DNA of 10,900 bases from Fidelibacterota bacterium (GCA_018672235.1 JABHGE010000019.1:1-10900); one strand, 5' to 3'. Positions 1 through 7,209 are shown, counted from the stretch's first letter. The notes: generated from the letters alone by a model not told the origin. Translations and numbers: made by a program.

Positions 1-659
1 GATGGTAAAACATAAAAAAATATTGAAATAAAATGACTAAAACTTCCCGTGATAACAAAGAGGTGCCAGATAAAATGATTGTACTCTATACGATCATCCA
101 TCAAGTAAAAAAATACACCTACCAAATAAGATAGGCATCCTGCTATGAGCCATACTAGTCCTTCGTATGGTAATGATTTGAATAGATCTTGGGTATAAAA
201 AACACAGATTCCTCCCATTCCTATATACAGCAATGTTGAGATTATATTATATTTTCCTACAGTAAATCCCTTCCATAGAATACCAAATAATGCAACACTC
301 CAAACCACCCCAAATAAAATCCATCCTTTTTTGTCTCCCAACCCTACAAGAGCATAAGGAGTATATGAACCAGCAATCATCGTATAGATAGCAAACATAT
401 CAAGCATTCTATATGTATTGCGCTTAACAGGGTCTTTGGCATTATGATACATAGCCGAACTAAGAAACATTAACATCCATGCAATCCCAAAGGTAACAAG
501 ACTAAAGATATAGATAGGAGTACCGTCATTAATGCCTTTAAGTACAAGTAGAACAAAACATACGCTACTGCATAAAAAAGCATACCAATGACTCAACACA
601 TTAAGTCGTTCTTCTTTTTCAGGATAAAAATGAGTGTTAATAGTATTTTTATTATTCAT
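1..659 (-). CDS. Hemolysin III / PAQR-family integral membrane protein (3' end runs off the window)
   Basis: Not in the ORF track; translated by hand from ATG at 659: MNNKNTINTHFYPEKEERLNVLSHWYAF...SSAMYHNAKDP...RMLDMFAIYTMIAGSYTPY...YNHFIWHLFVITGSFSHFISIFFYVLP. Contains the HlyIII motifs EE..N..SH, SxxYH, D..IY..IAGSYTP and HxxWH..H, with about 7 hydrophobic segments. No stop before position 1. Confidence 0.9.
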   Translation of the reverse strand, partial: MNNKNTINTHFYPEKEERLNVLSHWYAFLCSSVCFVLLVLKGINDGTPIYIFSLVTFGIAWMLMFLSSAMYHNAKDPVKRNTYRMLDMFAIYTMIAGSYTPYALVGLGDKKGWILFGVVWSVALFGILWKGFTVGKYNIISTLLYIGMGGICVFYTQDLFKSLPYEGLVWLIAGCLSYLVGVFFYLMDDRIEYNHFIWHLFVITGSFSHFISIFFYVLP

Positions 660-703
660 TGTATTAATTGCTAAGATTAGAATATAAACTTACGAAATAA
701 TTA

Positions 704-1549
704 TTATTTTTTTTTAAAAAATCTTTGTTTTTCAAGTTCTTTAATGTCTCTTTTAGATCGTTTTATTCCACGTATGTGTGGCATAACTACTCCACGAGTA
801 TTTCCACAGTTTTCACCAAGAGGCTTTTCCTTAATCCAAGAGTCATATTGATAATTAGCAAACCACTGTTTGAAAGAATTTTTAAATGTATTAATAACAA
901 GAGGATGTAATGAGTCTATATCATATTCATCTCCTTTTTCTGTTATAATATTAACTCCTACAAAAAGTGCTATCAGTTTACGAATAGATGCATATCGTCT
1001 ATAAATTTGGATCTCAAAATGTTTGAAGTGCTTATTCTTAACCTTTCCAAAACGCTTGTTTAACCAGTTTCCTCTGTATTTATTAAAATCAAGAGACTGT
1101 ATTAATAAGACATGATTAGGGTTATCCTTAATATTGTAAGATGGATGATTCCATAAATACTCCATAAAGATATTAACTTGACGTTGTGTAAATTCTTTTT
1201 TTGATGCAATAGGCTTAAGCGAATGTCGCTTTAAATACATTTCTGCAATCAATTTCATGTCTTTTAGATTATGCTCTTTAGCAAATTCATCGCTATCCAC
1301 TGCAAACCATGGAGCATCATTTAAATGATCTACTCCTCTTGCATCAATAATAGGATTATAATATTCGTATCCATCTAATTCTGCAATATTAATACCATAA
1401 TTATGAATACTGCGCTCAATCCATAGAATGCTTCCAAGATAATATTCTGTTCTTTGACTTTTATCTTTAATGGTCAGAAAAAAAGAGTACGTGGCATGCC
1501 ACTCATGTAATAGATCTTTTACCGCATTAAGTTTTGAGTTATTTGTCAT
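704..1549 (-). CDS. Hypothetical soluble protein, 281 aa, basic C-terminus; start uncertain
   Basis: Long ORF in AT-rich DNA, double TAA stop, same strand as the downstream hlyIII gene. No motif recognised. Confidence 0.75.
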   Translation of the reverse strand: MTNNSKLNAVKDLLHEWHATYSFFLTIKDKSQRTEYYLGSILWIERSIHNYGINIAELDGYEYYNPIIDARGVDHLNDAPWFAVDSDEFAKEHNLKDMKLIAEMYLKRHSLKPIASKKEFTQRQVNIFMEYLWNHPSYNIKDNPNHVLLIQSLDFNKYRGNWLNKRFGKVKNKHFKHFEIQIYRRYASIRKLIALFVGVNIITEKGDEYDIDSLHPLVINTFKNSFKQWFANYQYDSWIKEKPLGENCGNTRGVVMPHIRGIKRSKRDIKELEKQRFFKKK

Positions 1550-1634
1550 TAACTGCTTCCAATATTCTCCATCCTTTTAGATTATAAACAGGTGCCCATT
1601 TAGAATGTTGATAATTTCTTTCCATATAGGTCAT
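1539..1634 (-). other. 31-aa ORF (MTYMERNYQHSKWAPVYNLKGWRILEAVNDK) overlapping the start of the 281-aa ORF; possible frameshifted N-terminus or leader peptide
   Basis: ATG at 1634, TAA at 1541-1539, 11-nt overlap with the ORF starting at 1549 in a different frame. Confidence 0.35.
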
Positions 1635-1692
1635 TATTTTAAAACTATTTTTCAAGACACTATAGGAAATAATTTTATACTAATCTTTAGAC

Positions 1693-1721
1693 TTGAGATT
1701 CAATCTTAGGATGTATATAAT
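1693..1721 (+). promoter_or_regulatory. Sigma70-type promoter for the secreted paralog at 1833
   Basis: TTGAGA (1693-1698), 17-nt spacer, TATAAT (1716-1721). Palindrome AGATT-C-AATCT (1696-1706) overlaps the -35 box and spacer. Confidence 0.55.
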
Positions 1722-1832
1722 AGTAGATATTACTGAAATCAATATGGTGAGAAGGTTTTTTGAATATATAATTACTTAAAAACATATATTTTTTTCATTA
1801 ATCAAATAAACAAACATATAAAAGGAAATACA

Positions 1833-2669
1833 ATGAAGAAACTACTACTAGTAGCCTTGTTTACAACTATGGTCTTCTCGCAATACACTGATGGGAATAC
1901 TGTTGTAACATGGTCAAAATACAAATGGGAGCCAATTGGTGAGAATCCAGATCTTTCTTGGATGGATAGAAGCACAGATGTTGCAGCATATCATTCAGCA
2001 AGAAATAAAGTGTCAAGACAGCTAATGAGTTCAATGGTCTTAACTCACTTTTGGACAGGAGAATCAGCTGATGTTGCAATTTTAGGTGAATTTAGAAACT
2101 TAGGAGATGCAACTGACTATGCCGGATTTAATAATATTGATGATATGGCATGGAGAGATTCAGATGAAAGAGCAACAGCAGTTTCAAATTACAATAGACA
2201 TTTTCAATCTTATCATGAGGATGTGCATATTTTAGAACACTGGAAAGTCTTGGAGAAAAAGAATACTGCGGCATTAACTGGTGAAGAAACTATCAACAAC
2301 GGAAATGTAGTTTCAGTAAGTATTAGATACTGGAAACCTATGAATCAAGTTGAAGATGGTTCTGGCGCAGATCGTTTAAACATGATGAAGAAATATGCTA
2401 ATGAAGTTGTTAAGAATAATCCTAAAATTCTTAGTCAAAAAGTCTTAACACATTTATGGTCAGGATCTATTGAAGCGGGTGCATTACCTGTATTCTATAT
2501 TACTGAATATGCGTCTTTAGAAGACATGGCTGCTGCTGGAAATGCAGCATTAGAAGATGCAGCGTTTGGTCCAGAAAATAGAGGAGACTATTGGAAATAC
2601 TTCCATAATATATGGGACAATCATACTGATTTAGGTATTTTCAAAACTTTCGCAGCAGCGAATAAATAA
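1833..2669 (+). CDS. Secreted uncharacterised protein with two internal repeats (paralog 1; possible tandem NIPSNAP/dimeric alpha-beta barrel fold)
   Basis: Sec signal MKKLLLVALFTTMVFS/Q; SD-like AAAGGA at 1821-1826. Repeats SSMVLTHFWTG...YHEDVHI and SQKVLTHLWSG...NHTDLGI. Colinear with 5943..6773. The fold is inference. Confidence 0.85.
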   Translation: MKKLLLVALFTTMVFSQYTDGNTVVTWSKYKWEPIGENPDLSWMDRSTDVAAYHSARNKVSRQLMSSMVLTHFWTGESADVAILGEFRNLGDATDYAGFNNIDDMAWRDSDERATAVSNYNRHFQSYHEDVHILEHWKVLEKKNTAALTGEETINNGNVVSVSIRYWKPMNQVEDGSGADRLNMMKKYANEVVKNNPKILSQKVLTHLWSGSIEAGALPVFYITEYASLEDMAAAGNAALEDAAFGPENRGDYWKYFHNIWDNHTDLGIFKTFAAANK

Positions 2670-2680
2670 TCTTTACATAA

Positions 2681-2718
2681 AAAGGGCTAGTATATTGCTA
2701 GCCCTTTCTTTTAATTTT
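2681..2718 (+). terminator. Rho-independent terminator after paralog 1
   Basis: Stem AAAGGGCTAG (2681-2690) / CTAGCCCTTT (2698-2707), followed by a T-rich tract. Confidence 0.8.
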
Positions 2719-2722
2719 CAAG

Positions 2723-3445
2723 GTGAATCATAAGCCTTATAACAATCTAAATAATTCAAAAAAAGAACAAATGATCACGATGTTTGATCGTATTGCTAGC
2801 ACATATGATCGATTAAATGGACTTATTACGTTTGGAATGGATAAGACTTGGCGTAGAAGCGTAGCAACCATGATTCTTGCTAAAAATCCTACAAGCATAT
2901 TAGATGTAGCTACAGGCACTGGAGCTCTAGCAATTGATTTAGCAACACAATCTTCAATAGAAGTAATTGGAATAGATATTTCACAAGAAATGCTTACTAT
3001 CGGTAAGGACAAAATACATTCCTTAGGATTGGATGAAACAATTAGAATGCAATTAGATGATGCTGAATCATTATCATTTAAGAACAATCAATTTGATGCA
3101 GTAACAATAGGATTCGGAGTGCGTAATTTTGAAGATTTAAATCAAGGGTTACGCGAAGTAAATAGAGTCTTAAAACCTGGAGGACAATTGGTTATACTTG
3201 AAACATCCGTCCCAACATATTTTCCATTCAAACAAGGATACTACTTGTATACAAAATGGATTATTCCCTTATTTGGTAAGTTGTTTGCGAGGAATAAAGT
3301 TGCCTATGAATATCTGTCTACATCTGCTAAGATTTTTCCTCACGGAGAAAGATTTAATGAAATTCTAAGAAAAAATGGATTTAAGAATACTGTTAGTTAT
3401 CCAAAAATGTTTGGTATTGTAACTATTTACTCAGCATTTAAATAA
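2723..3445 (+). CDS. menG: Demethylmenaquinone / ubiquinone-precursor C-methyltransferase (MenG/UbiE)
   Basis: MFDRIASTYDRLN...WRR, SAM-binding motif ILDVATGTG, FDAVTIGFGVRN, RVLKPGG, AYEYL...FP. GTG start. Confidence 0.93.
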   Translation: MNHKPYNNLNNSKKEQMITMFDRIASTYDRLNGLITFGMDKTWRRSVATMILAKNPTSILDVATGTGALAIDLATQSSIEVIGIDISQEMLTIGKDKIHSLGLDETIRMQLDDAESLSFKNNQFDAVTIGFGVRNFEDLNQGLREVNRVLKPGGQLVILETSVPTYFPFKQGYYLYTKWIIPLFGKLFARNKVAYEYLSTSAKIFPHGERFNEILRKNGFKNTVSYPKMFGIVTIYSAFK

Positions 3446-4054
3446 CTAAAAATGTACCATCAATGTAAGGAAGGTATCCTTACCATTACCGCCAAATTCA
3501 ACTAGATAATTTCTCTTCAATACGCGGACAACTGGCAATATTTTTTCATAATTTTTATTATCTATCTGATGGTTAGAATATTGACCTATTAACCAGATTG
3601 AAGTATCATTATATCCTTTTATTTTTGGTGTAAATGCAAGGCGAAAATTATGCATAATTGATTCATCGTATGAGCAGTATTGCAACATATGCATTACCAT
3701 AAATCGTCTATTTTCCCAATCAGCATGTAGCCCCAAATTATACATAGATTCTTCAGAATCTAGATTAAAACCAATACTAGATAATCCGTAGATATTCGCT
3801 TGGTAAGAACGACTATTCCATCGTTTTATTAATAAGTTATTATTTGATGCAATAAAAGATTGCTCATTATACTTATGATTAAATATTCGAATACCAGAAT
3901 ACCAATTTCTGGTTAATGTTTTACCAAATCTTATATCAGTAACATCGGGAGAATCAATTAACCAAATCACCTTCCCACCTTTAAATATAATAGGATGTGC
4001 GCTCAGCATAGATACAAATAAGAAAGAGCAAAGAATCAGTTTTTTTATATTCAA
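3446..4054 (-). CDS. Exported hypothetical protein, probable outer-membrane beta-barrel, downstream of the HMA gene
   Basis: TTG start 6 nt after the HMA stop. Signal peptide ...SMLSA/HPII; amphipathic beta-like segments (LLIKRWN, QANIYGLSSIG, GLHADWENRR, YLVEFG); C-terminal Phe (LMVHF). Confidence 0.75.
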   Translation of the reverse strand: MNIKKLILCSFLFVSMLSAHPIIFKGGKVIWLIDSPDVTDIRFGKTLTRNWYSGIRIFNHKYNEQSFIASNNNLLIKRWNSRSYQANIYGLSSIGFNLDSEESMYNLGLHADWENRRFMVMHMLQYCSYDESIMHNFRLAFTPKIKGYNDTSIWLIGQYSNHQIDNKNYEKILPVVRVLKRNYLVEFGGNGKDTFLTLMVHF

Positions 4055-4060
4055 AAAAAT

Positions 4061-4432
4061 CTAACCGACTAGCTTAGGAGCAGCCTTTTTCTTGATAGAT
4101 TTTCCATCAAAATTGGTATAGATAGAAACCGTGTCATATCCAGCATCTTTAACAATCTTTATTGCCTCGAGTTCATCAATTGTTTTTGATAAATCTATAG
4201 GGATATAAATCATTTGTGTATCGAGATCTACTTCAATGCCATCTGCTTTAAATTTCTTATTATTTAAAAATGAAAGCTCAGATAATCCTTCTTGGATACC
4301 AAATGCACACATAGAACATACCATTCCTTTTACTTCTAATACCATTTCATCTTTCTCGACATTCAAATCTAAGTCTTGACTATAGATAGCTGATGAAAAT
4401 AGTATTACTAATATCAATAAATATTGTCTCAT
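4061..4432 (-). CDS. Exported heavy-metal-associated (HMA, CopZ/MerP-like) domain protein
   Basis: LEVKGMVCSMCAFG matches the GMxCxxC motif; IVKDAGY matches the HMA C-terminal xGY; N-terminal signal peptide. Confidence 0.88.
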   Translation of the reverse strand: MRQYLLILVILFSSAIYSQDLDLNVEKDEMVLEVKGMVCSMCAFGIQEGLSELSFLNNKKFKADGIEVDLDTQMIYIPIDLSKTIDELEAIKIVKDAGYDTVSIYTNFDGKSIKKKAAPKLVG

Positions 4433-4485
4433 ATTGATAAATATATATCAAAAAAAACATAAAGTCAGTACATTAAAGTATATTA

Positions 4486-5760
4486 ATGAAATACTCTATC
4501 CAAAAAACACTTCTACTATGCCTAGGCATATTATTTTCTTGTTCTCAGACGCAAGAAGGAGGTTCAGATCAAGTATATGGTGCGCAAGAAGGAGGTTCAG
4601 ATCAAGTATATGGTGAGCCAGGAACGCCTCTTATTTTAATTTCTATCGATGGTTTTCGATGGGATTACTTTGAAAAAGTAGCTACTCCTAATTTTGATAA
4701 AATAATCAAAGAAGGAGTTAAAGCTGAAGGGTTAAAAACGTCATATCCTTCTAAGACATTTCCAAATCATATCAGCATTGTTACAGGATCTTATCCATCA
4801 AATCATGGTATTATTTCAAATTATTTCTATGATCCCGATACAACCAAGTTTGGCAAAAGACCTTTTTATATAGGAGCAGGAAGTACAGCCGCTCAAGATG
4901 GTAGATGGATTGATAGAGAACCAATTTGGGTTACCGTTGAAAAACAAGCCAAAAAAGCTATGATTATGTTCTGGCCAATGTCTGATGCTGAAATTACTGG
5001 AGTACGTCCATCAGAATATTATGTATATAGCGAAAGCCCAACTAATAAAGATCGTATGGATCAACTTCTATCCTGGCTTGATTATAGCGGAACTAACAGA
5101 CCAACCTTTCTAGCATCCTACTTTAGCTCTGTTGATCATAACGGACATGAATATGGACCAGATGCGCAACAAACAATTGATGCTATTGCAGAAGCTGATA
5201 AAGCAATTGGTCATTTAATTGATGGATTAGAGGCAAGAAATATTATCAATGAGGTCAATATAATGATTGTTTCAGATCATGGAATGACTGATACGCCTGA
5301 TTCCAAAATTATTAATATTACGGACTATATCAATTTAGAAGATGTTATAACTGTTGGTGGAGGTCCATTTATGGAAATTCGTCCAAATGAAGGTAAACTA
5401 GAATCAATTTATCAATCTCTACAGAACATTGAACATACTCAGCTCTTCAAAAAAGAAGATATTCCTGCAAAATTTAATTACAGCAATAACGATCGTATTG
5501 AACCCATACTGCTCCTTGCTGACGAGCATTGGAGTATCATAACTCCAGGAAGAACTCCTCCCCTTGGATCACATGGATATGATCCCGACTATGATTCAAT
5601 GAATGCTATCTTTATTGGTCGAGGTCCTGGATTTAATTCTGGGTACCTTGGTCCAGAAGTTCACAATATTCATTTATATGAAATGATGTGTTATTTAATG
5701 GGTGTTACTCCTTCTATGAACGATGGAGATATCAATAACACTACTCCATTTCTAAAATAG
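4486..5760 (+). CDS. Ectonucleotide pyrophosphatase/phosphodiesterase (NPP, alkaline phosphatase superfamily), predicted lipoprotein
   Basis: ISIDGFR, PSKTFPNH (Thr nucleophile), DHNGH, VSDHGM, GSHGYD. Lipobox-like LFSC at Cys19. Confidence 0.93.
   Translation: MKYSIQKTLLLCLGILFSCSQTQEGGSDQVYGAQEGGSDQVYGEPGTPLILISIDGFRWDYFEKVATPNFDKIIKEGVKAEGLKTSYPSKTFPNHISIVTGSYPSNHGIISNYFYDPDTTKFGKRPFYIGAGSTAAQDGRWIDREPIWVTVEKQAKKAMIMFWPMSDAEITGVRPSEYYVYSESPTNKDRMDQLLSWLDYSGTNRPTFLASYFSSVDHNGHEYGPDAQQTIDAIAEADKAIGHLIDGLEARNIINEVNIMIVSDHGMTDTPDSKIINITDYINLEDVITVGGGPFMEIRPNEGKLESIYQSLQNIEHTQLFKKEDIPAKFNYSNNDRIEPILLLADEHWSIITPGRTPPLGSHGYDPDYDSMNAIFIGRGPGFNSGYLGPEVHNIHLYEMMCYLMGVTPSMNDGDINNTTPFLK
4550..4615 (+). 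repeat. Perfect 33-bp tandem duplication inside the NPP N-terminal linker
   Basis: CGCAAGAAGGAGGTTCAGATCAAGTATATGGTG at 4550-4582 and 4583-4615; encodes (T/A)QEGGSDQVYG twice. Confidence 0.97.
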
Positions 5761-5767
5761 ACTATAG
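5754..5767 (+). repeat. 14-bp direct repeat, copy 1 (spans the NPP stop codon)
   Basis: AAAATAGACTATAG, identical to 7209-7222. Confidence 0.8.
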
Positions 5768-5796
5768 CAAAACTTACCATTGACCTTTATCTAGAA

Positions 5797-5813
5797 TGCT
5801 AATGAAATTAGCA
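5797..5813. promoter_or_regulatory. Perfect 7-3-7 inverted repeat; candidate operator or small hairpin
   Basis: TGCTAAT-GAA-ATTAGCA, with no U-tract. Confidence 0.4.
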
Positions 5814-5942
5814 GTACGGTAAATATTATTATCCAAGCAGATACAAGAAATATGATAATCTTAATTGATAGTTCTTCTTTATTCATTGGATAAAATTTGT
5901 TAAAATATTGTACGTAATTTAATAAACAACTATGGGGTTATA

Positions 5943-6773
5943 ATGAAAAAACTACTCTTAATGGTCATATTTACAACAATGGCCTTCTCTCAGTATAATG
6001 CTGATGGAGAAAAAAATACAGTTCTCACTTGGTCTCTTTATAAATGGACACCAATGTCAGAAGTTGAAGATGGATCTAACGCAGATCGTGCAGCAGCTGT
6101 TGCAGAATACAATAAAAAACGAAATCAAGCTTCTAAGCTTTTAAAAAGCTCAATGTTTCTTACTCATTATTGGACTGGTGCCGTTGAAGATGTGCATCGT
6201 CTAAATGAATTTAAAGATATGAATGAAGCAACAATATATTCAGGTGGTGGTGAAAATCTAAATCCTAAAGCTTGGGCTGATGCAGATAAACGCAAAGCTG
6301 CAGTTACAGCTAATGGTAAATATTTTGATTCTTACCATGAAGACTTGCATATATTTGAAAATCATGTTGCACTTGAAAAGAAACGTACAGGAGGATATGG
6401 AGACTGGACTTATGTTGCTGTAACAGTTTCGTATCTAAAGCCTCTAGGGGCAGTTGAAGGCGGATCTAGAGAAGAACGCTATAAACTAATGAAGAAATTT
6501 CAGAAAGAAGTAATTGGAAAAAATCCAAAAATTCTTAGCCAAAGAGTATTAACACATTTGTGGTCTGGAAAGATTGAAAATGGACTATGGCCAGTAGTAA
6601 CTGTTTCTGAATATAATTCAATGGAAGATGTTGATAATGCAGGGGATGACAATCCAGCACTATGGCAAAAAGCTTTTTCAGAAGCAGAAGGTGCAGCCTA
6701 CGTAAAATACTGGGATAATGATCGCCATGAAGACTTAGGTCTTTTTATGAACTTTACTCCAGCAAATAAATAA
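5943..6773 (+). CDS. Secreted uncharacterised protein with two internal repeats (paralog 2)
   Basis: Signal MKKLLLMVIFTTMAFS/Q; SD-like GGGG at 5934-5937. Repeats SSMFLTHYWTG...YHEDLHI and SQRVLTHLWSG...RHEDLGL. Ends in ANK like paralog 1. Confidence 0.85.
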   Translation: MKKLLLMVIFTTMAFSQYNADGEKNTVLTWSLYKWTPMSEVEDGSNADRAAAVAEYNKKRNQASKLLKSSMFLTHYWTGAVEDVHRLNEFKDMNEATIYSGGGENLNPKAWADADKRKAAVTANGKYFDSYHEDLHIFENHVALEKKRTGGYGDWTYVAVTVSYLKPLGAVEGGSREERYKLMKKFQKEVIGKNPKILSQRVLTHLWSGKIENGLWPVVTVSEYNSMEDVDNAGDDNPALWQKAFSEAEGAAYVKYWDNDRHEDLGLFMNFTPANK

Positions 6774-6797
6774 ACGACAGTAAAGAGTGTACATATT

Positions 6798-6829
6798 AAA
6801 GGGCTGATACTTTATCAGCCCTTTTTTTT
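6798..6829 (+). terminator. Rho-independent terminator after paralog 2
   Basis: AAAGGGCTGATA-CTT-TATCAGCCCTTT with a T8 tract (6822-6829). Confidence 0.88.
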
Positions 6830-6858
6830 GTAACTTCTAAGAAATAAAGGAGAAAACA

Positions 6859-7209
6859 ATGCATATATTAATTATCAATTTTAGTCTTGATGGTATTTCC
6901 CATGAAGAATACTGCAAAGTTGCAGATGAGCTTGCACCTGTTTTTGCAAAAGTTTCGGGTTTAAAATCAAAAACCTGGTTATCTGATCAAGAAAACAATG
7001 TTTATGGTGGAGTTTATGCTTTCGACAGTCAACAAGCACTTGACGATTACTGCGGTGGTGAACTTTTTGCTGGCGTTGGAAGTAATCCAAATTTTACAAA
7101 TATAAGTGTAAAATCTTTTGGAACGCTTGAAGGTCCAAGCAAGACATGTAACAACTGCTGCAAAGACTGTGACTGTTGTGACGGCGATGACTGCTGTGAC
7201 TGCTGTTAA
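6859..7209 (+). CDS. YdhR-like putative monooxygenase (dimeric alpha-beta barrel) with a Cys/Asp-rich C-terminal tail
   Basis: SD AAGGAG at 6847-6852. LAPVFAKVSGLKSKTWL...GGVYAFDSQQALDDY matches the YdhR pattern (PGL.WK.W....GG.Y.F.....A..Y). Tail CNNCCKDCDCCDGDDCCDCC. Confidence 0.82.
   Translation: MHILIINFSLDGISHEEYCKVADELAPVFAKVSGLKSKTWLSDQENNVYGGVYAFDSQQALDDYCGGELFAGVGSNPNFTNISVKSFGTLEGPSKTCNNCCKDCDCCDGDDCCDCC

Noticed and set aside
385..420. HlyIII DM in place of the common DH as a sign of inactivation
   Set aside because: The conserved Asp and the SxxxH / HxxxH histidines are intact; the following position varies among PAQR proteins.
725..910. 61-aa plus-strand ORF
   Set aside because: Antisense to the 281-aa ORF; no motif or RBS.
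1867..2079. 70-aa minus-strand ORF
   Set aside because: Antisense shadow inside paralog 1.
2737..3087. 116-aa minus-strand ORF
   Set aside because: Antisense shadow of menG.
4550..4615. 33-bp repeat as a CRISPR array
   Set aside because: Two abutting copies, no spacer, in-frame within a CDS, and no cas genes.
4434..4616. 60-aa ORF with repeated ARRRFRSSIW
   Set aside because: Alternate-frame reading of the 33-bp duplication inside the NPP gene.
5829..5893. SAM-I riboswitch (TTATC...GATAA resembles P1)
   Set aside because: Lacks the conserved GAGGGA, GCAACC and GGTGC core elements.
6881..7090. 69-aa minus-strand ORF
   Set aside because: Antisense to the YdhR-like gene.
7147..7209. Selenocysteine recoding in the Cys-rich tail
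   Set aside because: The TGA triplets are out of frame; all in-frame Cys codons are TGT/TGC and the stop is TAA.
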